A stretch of DNA of 59,468 nt, the filler included, from Xylographa opegraphella (Eukaryota): assembly GCA_022813865.1 (NCBI GenBank). It is 3 parts of 3 records of this genome, joined end to end, with 100 filler letters (N's around TTAATTAATTAA, not from the genome) between each part and the next. Parts side by side here need not be neighbours in the genome. Positions count along the whole stretch, not along the records: positions 1 to 20,431 come from JALDZX010000138.1; positions 20,532 to 39,997 come from JALDZX010000140.1; 1 more part is not named here. One strand, written 5' to 3'. The notes beneath the pieces were generated by a model that saw only the letters and a list, made by a program, of their open reading frames with translations, did no database searches and was not told the DNA's origin. The position numbers were made by a program, and so were the translations under genes. Of the stretch, positions 12,729-24,011 are shown piece after piece. Each line of letters starts with the position of its first letter. Within the stretch, counting starts at the first letter, position 1.

Positions 12729-13563
12729 CTATGACACATTCTTTCCCTCCGAGCCATACCGTACGGCGGCCCTTGCCAACATGGAAACTACTTTCACTTC
12801 TTCGGCATTCCTGGGTGCGTATATCATCAGATACGAGTGAGGGAACCCCAAGGCCTGCCCACTCAATCCGTGCATCTCGCCCCAGCCTTTCTCGATTATC
12901 ATCACAGCGTCGGTCCACGAATAAATGCCATGAGCACTGCCTTCGCCTGCATGCATATGAAAGACTTCTCGAGGAGCGCGTGGTACGTGTAGGTGGCTTT
13001 CAGTGTAGACGGACTCCAAGATGGAAAGTGCAGGGGAGCTACCACCCTCAAGGATTGATGGCATTATCTCGGTGATAAGAGCATTGTCCTCGGCGATCTT
13101 TCTTACAGAGCTACCTAATAACTGGAAAGAACCCAGTTTAGTGTTCGGTCATTAGAATAGTACGTAAGAACCAGCTCACCTGCTCAAGCTCCGCTGTAGA
13201 CTTATCGGTAAGTTGACGGTGGGGCGCTACGTAGGTTGCAATTTTCGGTCGTGTCCCTTCTCGCTCAGGAAGATCGCCCTCCAGAAAGCTCTCCTTGTCC
13301 AAGTCCGTTCTGTTTGGAAAATATAAACTGGTGATGCTCCTCGGATTCTTGACAGCAATCCACGACAAGAGCCACTGTGTTACATAGCCCGCGAAGTTGT
13401 GCGGAATGCCTCCCGGACCAAGCGCATACCAGGCACAATAATCTACATAAACCTCACGGGCAATGGGAACAAAAAGGAGTGCGGCCAGAAACATACGATT
13501 CTGGACGACATATGGGCGATATTGGGAGACATACGTAGAAACCACTCCAACGATGTCGAACAT
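12729..13563 (-). CDS. Luciferase-like/DUF5519-family protein (2 exons)
   Basis: LGPGGIPHN, REVFHMHAGEGSAH, IEKGWGEMHGLSG, MIYAPRNAEEV. Intron 13122-13179 (GTGAGC...TTCCAG) joins the two ORFs in frame. Confidence 0.75.
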
Positions 13564-14047
13564 TGTAGCAGATTGTAGCGTGAAAACTTCCGTAGGGAGA
13601 TGACAGGGACTCGAGAGACACCTTCTGCGGTGCTGGATTACGGGAGAGATTTCACCGGCATGCGACTGGAAGCTCCAACTATTAGATGTGATGCGGCACG
13701 GAGATGTAGCACATCCGCAGACTCGCGCCAGTTATACTTCCGCGGCAGCGCAGGGCATGGGCAATACAGATAAATGGATCAGAAGCAACGAGACGGTTCA
13801 TTGAATACCTGCTTCAGTCCCTTAGCTACCCTCGGCGGCTAGTGTCTAAGGTACTAAGGTACACAGAAGACAGATTATCCTATTACTTTCGTCTCTGTTC
13901 AGCGTAATGTAGTATCTGGTTTCGTTCATTACGATCTTTGGACGAACTCATACATCAACGCGCGCCTAGTCCAACTCGTTGTACTCGTCGAAACCGTACT
14001 CAGGCTTGCTTCACCTTCGAGATTTTTGGTAAATAGCATGGGTCACA

Positions 14048-16279
14048 ATGCTGCACGAATTACTTCTTGCCCTTTCGGGCCACCCCTCGCCTTTAGTCCC
14101 GGGTGCTGAAGGCAGCCAACAACCACTACCACTGCTTTCACCGTCTGAACAGGCTCTGCTGACATCTGTTGCTCGTCTGGGCAATCTACACATGGAGATC
14201 AAGAAAGGAACCAGCACAATAACACAGTGCCATCCATCAACTGTATGTCGAGCTGTAGCACAAGCTATCACCTCAGTTCACTTAACAAGCTATCACGAAG
14301 ATATTCTCAGAGTCGAAGAAGGTATCTTACAGGAACATGCGGGATTTGTCGGCGCCTACGACGTTGTTCCGCTGTCTAGTATTTCTGTTGCTTTTGGTGG
14401 GTGGCGATCGAAGCTGGAGTGGATGAAGAAATTAGTTCAACAAATGCAACCTCCGGAAACCTATGCTGCTGGTGCTCAGATCATCGATTGGCTGCATAAA
14501 GAGCTACAAACCGGCTTCCCGGACATTGGCGTACTGGCTACTAATCTTGTGCAAGTCGCGGAGGTTGCTTGGCTCCGGCAAGTTTCTGCATGGGTGCTGT
14601 ACGGAGCTTTGCCAACGTTAGGCGCGGAGGATTTTCTCGTCCAACGAAAGCACAGTCCTTCTAACCTTGATGCATGGAAATACGATCTAAAACATGACTT
14701 AGCTCCAGGCTATGTGACGGAAGCTACGGCAAGTTCGATACTTTTCATTGGCAAGTCACTCGAATATGTTCGTCAAGATTCACAGAGTCGAGATCTACTG
14801 GCTCCAGATATCCTGATGGGACAAGCTTCGTTAGTGTCTATACACCTGAAGCAGCTTTCGCTGTTGGAGCACCCAATCAGTTCCACTAGCTTCACACAAA
14901 CAATTACTGCTATTCGTTCGTCTCTGTCGCGGAACGTCCTCCAGCGGCTTCTGCCTCAATCGGAAGTGTTACGAGCCGTCAACATGCTCCATGACTACTT
15001 CCTACTTGAGCGAGGTGAGTTTGCTGTGGCACTCATTGCCGCAGCCGATGACTGCCTGTTAGCTAGACAAAAGCGTAGTGTTACAAAACCGATGTCCAAT
15101 GACCCTCACCGGCTTGGCGGCATGATGATCAAGGAGGGCGAAGTCCACGCCGTTCTGGCTCGGACTTGGACCGCTGTTGCCGCCTTACAGGACATTAATG
15201 ATGAAATTGCCGATGAGGATCTTGAACTGGCTCGTGGAATTGTTTGCCTCTCGATAAAGAAGAGCAGCGCTCCTCAGACAAGCCTTTCATTCACGGCAGC
15301 TCTCGGCCCTCTTCGCATACTAGAGAATCTTAGGACGACCTTCGACGATTTGCTGCTTGCGACGCCAACTCATCTTACCGTGATAGCTGGCCCTCCGCTT
15401 CACCTTTTTCTCAACACTAGTGAAGCAGATGCATACTCTTCAATACACTCATACCTTCTTGCCATACGCCGAGCACATCTGCACCTCACAGGGTTATGGA
15501 AGCTGAGTACGTTGCGAAAGCCATGCGCTTCTTATACTCGCGGATTCAGTGGTAGTTGGTATGCAAAGCAGCACCGAGACAATTCAAACCGGCGGCACAG
15601 GTCTCTCAGAAGCGTGTGGGCTATGGTGGGGTTAGTTATTTTGTTCTTGGCAGAGCTCGGGGAGTATCTACAGGGCGAAGTCGTAAAGAGTTCGCGGGAT
15701 GTCTTCATTGAATGGTTGAAGCCGTCCCAACCAACGAAATTATCAGATGATCGTAAGTCAGTTGATGAATGCAAATCGATCAAGACTTTGGTCGGACTCC
15801 ATGGCGCGGTAGCCATTACCTATGATCCGGAGAGTCTCACCCTCGCTCATCGCTGCTACCTCACTACCCTCATCCACTCGCTTCTGCTGGATGATCCACC
15901 ATATACAAAATCGCTGAAGAACCTCATCACAAGAGTCGATGATATCACAGCCCTTGTCGAAAGGCTCAGCGTCGTCCACTTGAATCTGAACGCCGTTGAC
16001 GGCTATGCTGGTGTCTCTGCGTCAATCGTTACGGAGGAAGAAGAGTTGATGAAAAATCTAGCACAGGTAGGCATTGGCGTGAAAGAGGAGCTACAGAAGC
16101 TCGTGGAAAGGCTGCGAGACATTGACTTCGAGCGTCTTGGGTCGGGACTTGAGCCAATGGCATGTGACCACCAGAGCATCTCTTTCGTGCCATGGAAAGC
16201 TGGAGGGCTTTATAGATTGCTCATGAAACTGGACTTTGCAGGATTGAAGGTTATAGACGAGAACAATCTTTCAAGATGA
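14048..16279 (+). CDS. GCP4: Gamma-tubulin complex component, Spc97/Spc98 family (GCP4-like)
   Basis: MLHELLLALSGHPSPL start, SSILFIGKSL, DYFLLERGEFA, EYLQGEVV, RLLMKLDF end; 743 aa. Confidence 0.85.
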   Translation: MLHELLLALSGHPSPLVPGAEGSQQPLPLLSPSEQALLTSVARLGNLHMEIKKGTSTITQCHPSTVCRAVAQAITSVHLTSYHEDILRVEEGILQEHAGFVGAYDVVPLSSISVAFGGWRSKLEWMKKLVQQMQPPETYAAGAQIIDWLHKELQTGFPDIGVLATNLVQVAEVAWLRQVSAWVLYGALPTLGAEDFLVQRKHSPSNLDAWKYDLKHDLAPGYVTEATASSILFIGKSLEYVRQDSQSRDLLAPDILMGQASLVSIHLKQLSLLEHPISSTSFTQTITAIRSSLSRNVLQRLLPQSEVLRAVNMLHDYFLLERGEFAVALIAAADDCLLARQKRSVTKPMSNDPHRLGGMMIKEGEVHAVLARTWTAVAALQDINDEIADEDLELARGIVCLSIKKSSAPQTSLSFTAALGPLRILENLRTTFDDLLLATPTHLTVIAGPPLHLFLNTSEADAYSSIHSYLLAIRRAHLHLTGLWKLSTLRKPCASYTRGFSGSWYAKQHRDNSNRRHRSLRSVWAMVGLVILFLAELGEYLQGEVVKSSRDVFIEWLKPSQPTKLSDDRKSVDECKSIKTLVGLHGAVAITYDPESLTLAHRCYLTTLIHSLLLDDPPYTKSLKNLITRVDDITALVERLSVVHLNLNAVDGYAGVSASIVTEEEELMKNLAQVGIGVKEELQKLVERLRDIDFERLGSGLEPMACDHQSISFVPWKAGGLYRLLMKLDFAGLKVIDENNLSR

Positions 16280-17450
16280 TACTACACGATATCTTTCGTC
16301 CGGAGCTCAAACGTCCCGAAATAGATTGAAGATGTGGTTGTATGACCAACTGGAGAGAACTGTCGAGATGAGCCCAGTATTCCAAGATGTTATCTGCTGG
16401 GCAGCATGACAGTATTTAGCATGATTTTATCTTTGTTTCGTTTTTCGTAGCAACAGCTACAATCTCATCACTTCAACTCGCTTCATTGACATTGATATGT
16501 TCGTATATCAGTCGAGATTTGTCATTATTGATGATCCCGGACGCGATGAAAGTGATATAAAATAGTCAATGACGATACTCGACAGGAACCAGGCGGAGCA
16601 CATGTCCCGTCAACGACGGATACCAAATTGATCGACCGAGCGTCTCTGGGGAATTAGACGACAATTTTTACGAAAACGGCTGGGATGCAGGCACGACTAG
16701 CGTAACGTAAAGGGATCAAGGAAGCACGGCAGTTGAGGACATCGAATCTCTGGAAATGAGCAAAATAAGTTACGAAGAGACGAAGATAGTTAGAGAGAAG
16801 GAAAGGAGGAAAGAATGAATTAAGAAGGGAAAAGGAAAGGATGTAGTCGCGAATAATCATAGTGAGGTTTTATTCTACAAGCCGCAATGAGTTCAGCGAT
16901 CATTCACATTATTTGTAAACTTACATAAATCTCACTCTTTGCTCATCTTACCTCGGGGTTTCCTTCAAGCTATCGCAATCAATGCCAAGACTTTTGTCAA
17001 CTAACCTGATATGTACGGATAAGCTTGAAATCTTGCGTCCGACCTCAAGGGTGAGTGCTAAGTTCGATCACCACACATTGATGCTGATAGACGGATTTTG
17101 GCGTTCAATAAAATCTAGTAATACAGTCCAAGCTTCGCGGGGCGCTCCGAGGCAGCACAATTTGGTAGGGTTTGGGTTCATAAGGAATCTCATGTGTCAC
17201 AGGCAATTACGCACTTTTGTGCACACAACGATAGAAAAATGGCAGGTCATGATCGCCAGTATTCAATTTTCGGCTGAAGCTATACTGAAGTGGAGACGGT
17301 GTCGTTACTGCAGAATAATCAGGCGACGCCCAAGACGAAAAGATACTCGCAAAGATGGAAGAATAGGGATGACCCGTTTACCTGGAAAGGAAGACATCAT
17401 TTAAACATCACAACGTCATGACTCATGAGTGAAGCTGGTGGGTCAATCCG

Positions 17451-18560
17451 TTAGGCCGCCAGCTGGATACGTGCCATTCGCTGCTCCACACTTCGCAGGA
17501 CCTCTGGCGCCGGTTCCGGTCTCACTTTCTTGGGTGGTTGCCTCCAACACTGTTCGCATCGCTCATGCTCGCAGCTAGCACAGATTTTCTCGTTCTCAAG
17601 GTACATCTTCCTACACTCGTGGCATTGGTACCGGACTCTGGTTCGGATGGATCGAAGTGTGCGTTCAGCGAGAGGATAAGTCTCGATAGCGTCTCCGGGG
17701 TAGCCGTTGGGGAATTTGCGTAATTTGGGACTAGGATTTGTCAGCAGGGTCTGGCGCCGCTCATCTGACTCCAGCGACACTCACGGCTCTCTAGGGCATT
17801 TGGGACATCGCAGATGCTTGCAACTTGTACATTCCGTCGCTTTGCCGATGAAGACGGTATCACATCTGTGACACCTTCGTCTTACGCGGTGCACTGGAGT
17901 TCTCCTGATTAGCTCATTGCCCACCGGTTGCTCCGGCAAGGTCAACGACTTCGTTCGCGTCCTAGTGTTGGGTACAGGCGCACCGATTGCAGCCAATGGC
18001 GTTACTCCCGCGGCCGCAGCGTTTCCCTCGGGGTCCTTGGCACTCTTGGTAGGAAAGCGCGGGCACTTCTTGCATCGAGTGTGGGAGCAGTTGTTGCAAA
18101 TCTTCTCCGGACCGAAGGTGGTCTGGCATCGATGGCATTGGCGGTGGACCCTCAGGCGTACATGCTTTTCCACTCTTCCGGCGTCTCCCTTCCAGACCGG
18201 CGTCCATTCCCCTGGCTCGAGCGTCATGCCATACTTCGCAAACAGAGCACGAGCTTTCTCCTCTTGCTGCTTGTTGTAAGCGGCAGCAGTGGTTGGAATG
18301 CTGGGCACCGCAAGCTCAGCAGGCTGCAACGGCGCTTTCTTCACTTGCTGGGGTCGCGGACTGGCTGGAGCCTTGGAGAGCGCTGGGTCGGGAGCTGGTA
18401 CGGTAGTGGAAGGCGCTGCAGTGAGCTCGGGAGCGCCAGCAACGGACGTTCTGTTCGAGCTGCTTCTCAAGACCTTGCTTGCGCGTCTCATAAACCTTGA
18501 GAAGCCGGGTTGCTTATCGGCGGCGGAGCCAGCAGGAGCTCCTGGGGCCGAAGAGCTCAT
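17451..18560 (-). CDS. Fungal protein with three Cys/His-rich putative zinc-binding repeats (2 exons)
   Basis: Three RVxxxCHxC-x9-CxxCxHxRCxxCxRxP units. ATG at 18560 (MSSSAPG). Intron 17731-17784 (GTGAGT...CTGAC...CTAG). Confidence 0.8.
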
Positions 18561-20369
18561 GGCTGAATGGAAAGTCTCGGGGACAGTGATCTGCAGCGTG
18601 GCAACGAGAGCGAGTCGGAGGGTATATGAGGAGCTACGGGCGAGTTCTGCGGTGTGCAGAAGGACCGAGCCTTTGGACCGACAGCTTGGGGTGGGATGGT
18701 GGATATAGCTACTGTGGCATGGCAAGTCAGCATGCCTGGTGCGGGAGTTGATCGCTGCATCCGCACTTTACCTGTACGCAGCAGCTCGATCGAATGACGG
18801 GTTATGATCGGCCTAGCCTGCAGCTTCGAAGGATAGGTATGTGACACAAGGCACTCTGGAGACGGTCCGATGTGGCACGGGCGGATCCTGCTCCGGCGTC
18901 GAGTCGATGCGGTCCCAGTGGCGGTAGGGAGCGGGAAGCGTTTGATGCTATGGATGGATAGTAGCAATAATAGTGATTTCGAGCTTGACCGAGGCTCGCG
19001 CTTCTCCGACTGATGAAGAGTCGGGGGCTCTTGTAATCAGACAGACGTAGGGGCAGGCACAAATGGCGCGAGTGGATTGAGATGCATTACCCACAGCTTC
19101 GCAAGTTGACAGCATCGAAGATCAATGATGGGGAGAAGGGGGGGAGGCGGGGTGGCATGATGAGGGGTTTTGGCAAGTGGGGGAAAAGAAGGCCAGCTTC
19201 GGAACGGCAACGTCTGATGGGGAGCCAAGCGGTCGGGAGCAAACAAGGTCCAAGTTGAACGCTATCACCATCATGCTTCGAGACTGCATTTCGTTTATGT
19301 GGCAATTGGAAATTGGGGGTTGGGAATTGGGCTTCGGGATCTCCACGATTTCGTACTCCGGCCACGGATTGAGGGATTGCGGGTAACTTTGGCGGCGGTC
19401 CAGAAGCCCCCTCCCCCTTCTTCCCCCCCTGGCCCCCTGCTGCGTGCAACTAACTCGTCCTGAAGCCGACCAATAATGGAGCCAAATTCCAATGGCGAAA
19501 AGGGTTCAACGACATATACTCCGTACTGGCGCCATCTTCACGGGTGTTCTGACAGCATGCGGCCCCGAGCACTGGACACTGGACACTGAACCCTGAGCGG
19601 TGAGCACAGTACCGGAGTACCCCTCGCAGGAAGTTGAACTACCGCAACCTCGACCCACGTTTGATGTTGGTGTGCGCTGTCCGGAATCCCACATCCGCCA
19701 CGGTCATGTCAAGCACAAGTGCGCCATCCGTGGACTTGGTGCAGAAGGGAGAGTAAGGTAGGTAGGTAGACCCACTCGTTGACAGCGGTACCGTGCGTGC
19801 CGCGGCAATAAGAATGGCCCTGCGATCGGCGAGGCTTCGGTCGCTGTGTGGCGCACACTCAATCAAACCATCTACTTTTGTGATGAAATATACTCCGTAG
19901 TAGATATGATTATTATTATCGATGATCGGGTGCGTGCTCACTGCTCATGCGTCGGGAAGTGAAGGCTGGTGAGAGTGCTCCGAAGAGTGCTACCATCGTA
20001 CTCCGGAACTGGACTTCTGAAGAGGATGCTGACGGCGCTTCCTGTAGCAAGTACTCCGTATGTAGTCGTTGCATTTATAGGGTTTGACCTAAAAGGGCTA
20101 GCGGGCTTAGTGGGGCCTGACTTATAAAGGCAGGTTTTTCGCATTTTAATTAGAATCCATTCTTTTGCACTTTAGTACTGCCTAACGCACCTGGTCGTAA
20201 ATTCTCTTTTTTAACGACGTAATCAGGATATTAACAGTAAAAATCGTTTATTGTTTTTTATTTATGTATATTCGAGATCTCTATTATTACCTTTTTATAC
20301 TTTTTTATCTTCAGGAAAATCTATGATTTATATAAAATTTAACGGCCAAAAACTTCTTATTTTTTAACG

Positions 20370-20431
20370 TGTTGAAAATCAGGGCGTTAGCAGTCTGTGT
20401 TGTTGGTCCTTTACTATAGCCGATTAGGCCT
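20370..20431. mobile_element. Partial LTR, family C, cut by the assembly gap
   Basis: Begins TGTTGAAAATCAGGGCG; reverse complement of 42334-42395. Confidence 0.8.
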
Positions 20432-20531
20432 NNNNNNNNNNNNNNNNNNNNNNNNNNNNNNNNNNNNNNNNNNNNTTAATTAATTAANNNNNNNNNNNNN
20501 NNNNNNNNNNNNNNNNNNNNNNNNNNNNNNN
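20432..20531. other. Artificial contig linker N44-TTAATTAATTAA-N44
   Basis: A six-frame stop spacer centred in exactly 100 nt; identical structure at 39998-40097. Confidence 0.95.
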
Positions 20532-20593
20532 GTTTACCCATATATTCTGCTAGAATGACCACTGCGCTTCAGTACCCATCGTACCTTTCAACA
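20532..20593 (+). mobile_element. 3' part of a family A LTR
   Basis: Identical to 802-863; ends TTTCAACA. Confidence 0.85.
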
Positions 20594-20837
20594 CGTTATT
20601 TAAGTAATTAATTCGTTAATTATTTTAAATAAATAATTAATAATAAAACATTAAATATTTACGTCACCGGCGTAATCGCTGTTAATTTATTTTTTATAAA
20701 AAAATTAGCTTAATAAATAATTTTTAAATCAAACGTTATTTTGATATAAACGAAGATTCGACGCAATATATTTTGATAAAATTAATAAAAATTCGACGCC
20801 AATTAAAAAAATTAATATGAAGAATATAATATTCGAT

Positions 20838-20968
20838 CTTATATTTATTGTTATATTTATTATTATATTTATTATTATATTTATTATTATATTTATTGTT
20901 ATATTTATTATTATATTTATTATTATATTTATTATTATATTTATTATTATATTTATTATTATATCTAT
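20838..20968. repeat. 12-bp AT minisatellite (TATATTTATTAT)n, about 11 copies
   Basis: Direct tandem repeats visible in the sequence. Confidence 0.85.
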
Positions 20969-21165
20969 TGTTAAAAGGTACGATGGGTACTGAAGCGCAG
21001 TGGTCATTCTAGCAGAATATATGGGTAAACAAGTGTGTTGTATTAGCTATGAACAACTACGAGACTATATGCTCGCGCACTAGCGTCACTGGGCCTACGG
21101 CGGCCCGAGCCCTCGCTTAGCAGCTCTCGCTATCCTGCAGGCAGGCCGGGACTCTATTTCTAACA
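20969..21165 (-). mobile_element. Complete family A LTR, 197 bp, reverse orientation
   Basis: Gap-free reverse complement of 667-863 with about 2 substitutions. Flanks TCTAT and TAACG do not match each other. Confidence 0.9.
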
Positions 21166-22460
21166 TAACGACTAAATAAAAAATAATTGCGATATTTATT
21201 TATGAGGTCGAATATATAGTAATTTACGAAAGTATAAAAATATAATTATAAAGATTTAATTTTTTTATCAAATTGTAATTAAATATTCTTTACAGAATTT
21301 ATCATATTTAAGAATAATTAAAGGTCGATCAAGTTATTATATGATTCAAAGTATTATAAACGTATTAAATATATTAATGCTTATAATTATTAATACAAAA
21401 ATAAATTCAACGCGGTCGTATTAATTATTAATAAATATTTATCGGGAATATAACGATTAACGAATTTATTAAACCTTTAATTTTCTTTAAATTTAAATTA
21501 TGAATTAAAAGATTTTAACTCGAACGTAAAATCTTTTAATGAATTCTTTACGTAAAAATCAATTTAACGAATTATTAATTTTATTTTATTAAATTTAATC
21601 TTAAATTTCAAATGTTTTTATAGCTTTATCAATTGCGTCGTACATTAGTTTTTGTAAAAAAACGTTACAATTTAAAAAAAACTTATTTTAATTTTTTGTA
21701 TATGATAAAACGTACGAAACGATCGCGTCGTATATTTTATTTGAATAAAAAATATAATTGTATTAAAATTCATTTTGTAATTATTTAAAAATGAAAAAAT
21801 AAAAAACGAAATTATATTTATAAAAGTATTAAAGGATAAAATAATTTATTTTTGTTAAATTTATTTTTGTTATTTAATAACGAAATATTATTCGATAATA
21901 ATTTTATTAATAATAAATCTCGATATTTATATATAATAACAATATTAAAGTAAAAGCTTATCAATTTAAATTTTTAAAAAACGTTCTCGAAAAAGACTTT
22001 CAAAACGAGTGTGGCTATTTGAAAATAAAAATTTTTAAAAAATAAACAAAAGCTCTGCGGGTTTTTTGATTTCCTTCTTTATTTTCTTCCTTTTTTTATA
22101 ATAGTTAATTTAAAATATATTTAAAGCTTCGCCCTGAATATTTTTTTATTTTTGTTAAAATTAATTCCACATCTTTTAAATTCAATAATAAATATTCGAT
22201 TCTTTTTCGAAAACCAAAAGGTATTCGATTCTTTAAGTTTTGAAAACAGGGTATATGATTCTTTTACCTTAATTAAAATTACTCCCGTTCTTCCCGTAAG
22301 GTTGTTAATGAGCAAAGGACTAACCCGTCGAGGCTTAGTGCGGCCCTTCTGAGGGACCGAGGCATCAGCACCTAAGGACTTCAACGTTCGACCACACCTT
22401 CAGTATCTTCTCATTTTCAGCCAGTATTGATATCCGATTCTCATTTTTGTGGCCCCCGCC

Positions 22461-23438
22461 ATGTCTCAGATCATTGAAATTAACTCGTCTGAAGCCTTCG
22501 AAAACCACTTGTCTTGTCTACCCCCGACAGCTCTCGTTGTAATTTCCTTCCATACGCCATGGGCAGCACCATGTGCGCAGATGAGTTCTATTCTGGCTGC
22601 TCTTGCGGCTAACTATCCCACCAAGTCTCTACCCTCGATCTCCTTCATTTCCCTAAATGCAGAGTCTCTTCCCGATATATCGGAATCGTACAACGTCACC
22701 GCGGTTCCATACCTCGTCCTTCAAAGAGACGGCAAGGTCCTCGAAAGCATCTCGGGCTGCGATGCAGGGAAGGTAAGGAACGCAGTGGAAAGGTGTATGG
22801 GAAATATTGGTGTTGGAGAAGGAAAGACAAAGTTACCCGAGGCGCTGGCGACGCAACCACGACCGGATATTGCTGCGAACGCGAGAACTACGAATGGTGT
22901 ACGTGAGAACTCAAATACCATCAAGGACCTCTCAACGTACGCTCCTTCGGCTTCAGATCCGCCTACCGCCCCCGCCATGTCAGGTCATGCTGGTGAGACA
23001 GAAGCACTACATGCTCGCCTTGCAGAACTTGTAAAAGCTGCCCCGGTGATGCTGTTCATGAAAGGAACGCCGAGCTCACCACAATGTGGGTTCAGCCGGC
23101 AGCTGGTAGGAATTTTGAGGGAGCAGGGGGTGCGGTATGGTTTCTTCAATATATTGGCGGATGAAGAGGTGCGGCAGGGCATGAAAGCATGGGCAGATTG
23201 GCCTACGTTTCCTCAGCTTTGGGTCGGCGGGGAGCTGGTGGGCGGGCTCGACATTGTGCGTCTAAGCTTGTTACTGTTTAGTCTGGTCGCTTTCATCATA
23301 TAGATGGCTGATACACTACAGGTGAAAGAGGAGATTAAGGGCGATGCGGACTTCTTCAAAGACTACGCAGTCGGAAAAGGGAAGGGAGGTATGGCCGGGC
23401 CGGAGACTCAGAAAAGCTCCGGGGCCACTGCTACATAA
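22461..23438 (+). CDS. GRX4: Monothiol glutaredoxin Grx3/4 (thioredoxin-like domain plus CGFS Grx domain; 2 exons)
   Basis: WAAPC, LFMKGTPSSPQCGFS, WPTFPQLW, GGLDI. Intron about 23256-23321; TAA at 23436-23438. Confidence 0.92.
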
Positions 23439-24011
23439 GCAGTCGGCGAACACTGTGCTACCACGGAGTGCATGAGACCTGCGGAGATCGTGATTGGAGA
23501 CCTATTGAGTTTATAGATGTGGCGTAACGATAGATCAAGTCTAGGTCATGGTTATAATGATGTACAGGACCAATGGTCACTTGGCAGTTCGTATGGGGTC
23601 ACCTTTCGGACATACTCCGTAGGAGTACCGCCAATTAAGGACCTTCTAGAATCTAAGTCATTACACTCGGATCGGAGGAGGAAGTTTGATCGTTAACATC
23701 CGGTGTTAGTCATGGATATGAAAGGCTTGCATCATTTTTACAGACCCTGTAACAAATATGACAACCTCGCAAGCAAAAACTACCATCATTGCTACACCAC
23801 CTGGTGCAAGAAAGGTCGGTTTTGTAGCTTTGTCAAGTGTAATGTATAGTTCGCATACTTCCATATACTCCACCAATATTGGACCGTTCCATTGTAGAGC
23901 TCTGTATTTGTAAACGCAAGGTAATTGCACTAACCTATACAACTCGACCGACTTGAAGGCGTCTCGGCCGCTATTTTGACGGAGTTATGTTTGCTTAAAG
24001 TTCATTCATCC

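Larger units (their letters stand above)
20140..22280. repeat. AT-rich RIP-degraded island containing LTR fragments and a contig linker
   Basis: Sharp GC drop, TpA excess, no credible ORFs. Confidence 0.8.

Noticed and set aside
16440..17100. Possible box C/D snoRNAs in the GCP4 downstream intergenic region
   Set aside because: TGATGA and CTGA words occur but not in a correct order and spacing with a recognisable rRNA guide.
17917..18708. Several long antisense ORFs over the Cys/His-repeat gene (similar ones over other genes)
   Set aside because: Shadow frames of GC-rich coding sequence.
20476..20487. Palindromic TTAATTAATTAA in the middle of N runs (also 40042-40053)
   Set aside because: Artificial six-frame stop linker used to join contigs; it is not biological, and neighbourhood across it is unverified.
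20729..21007. ORF with IINI repeats
   Set aside because: Read-through from an LTR into an AT minisatellite.
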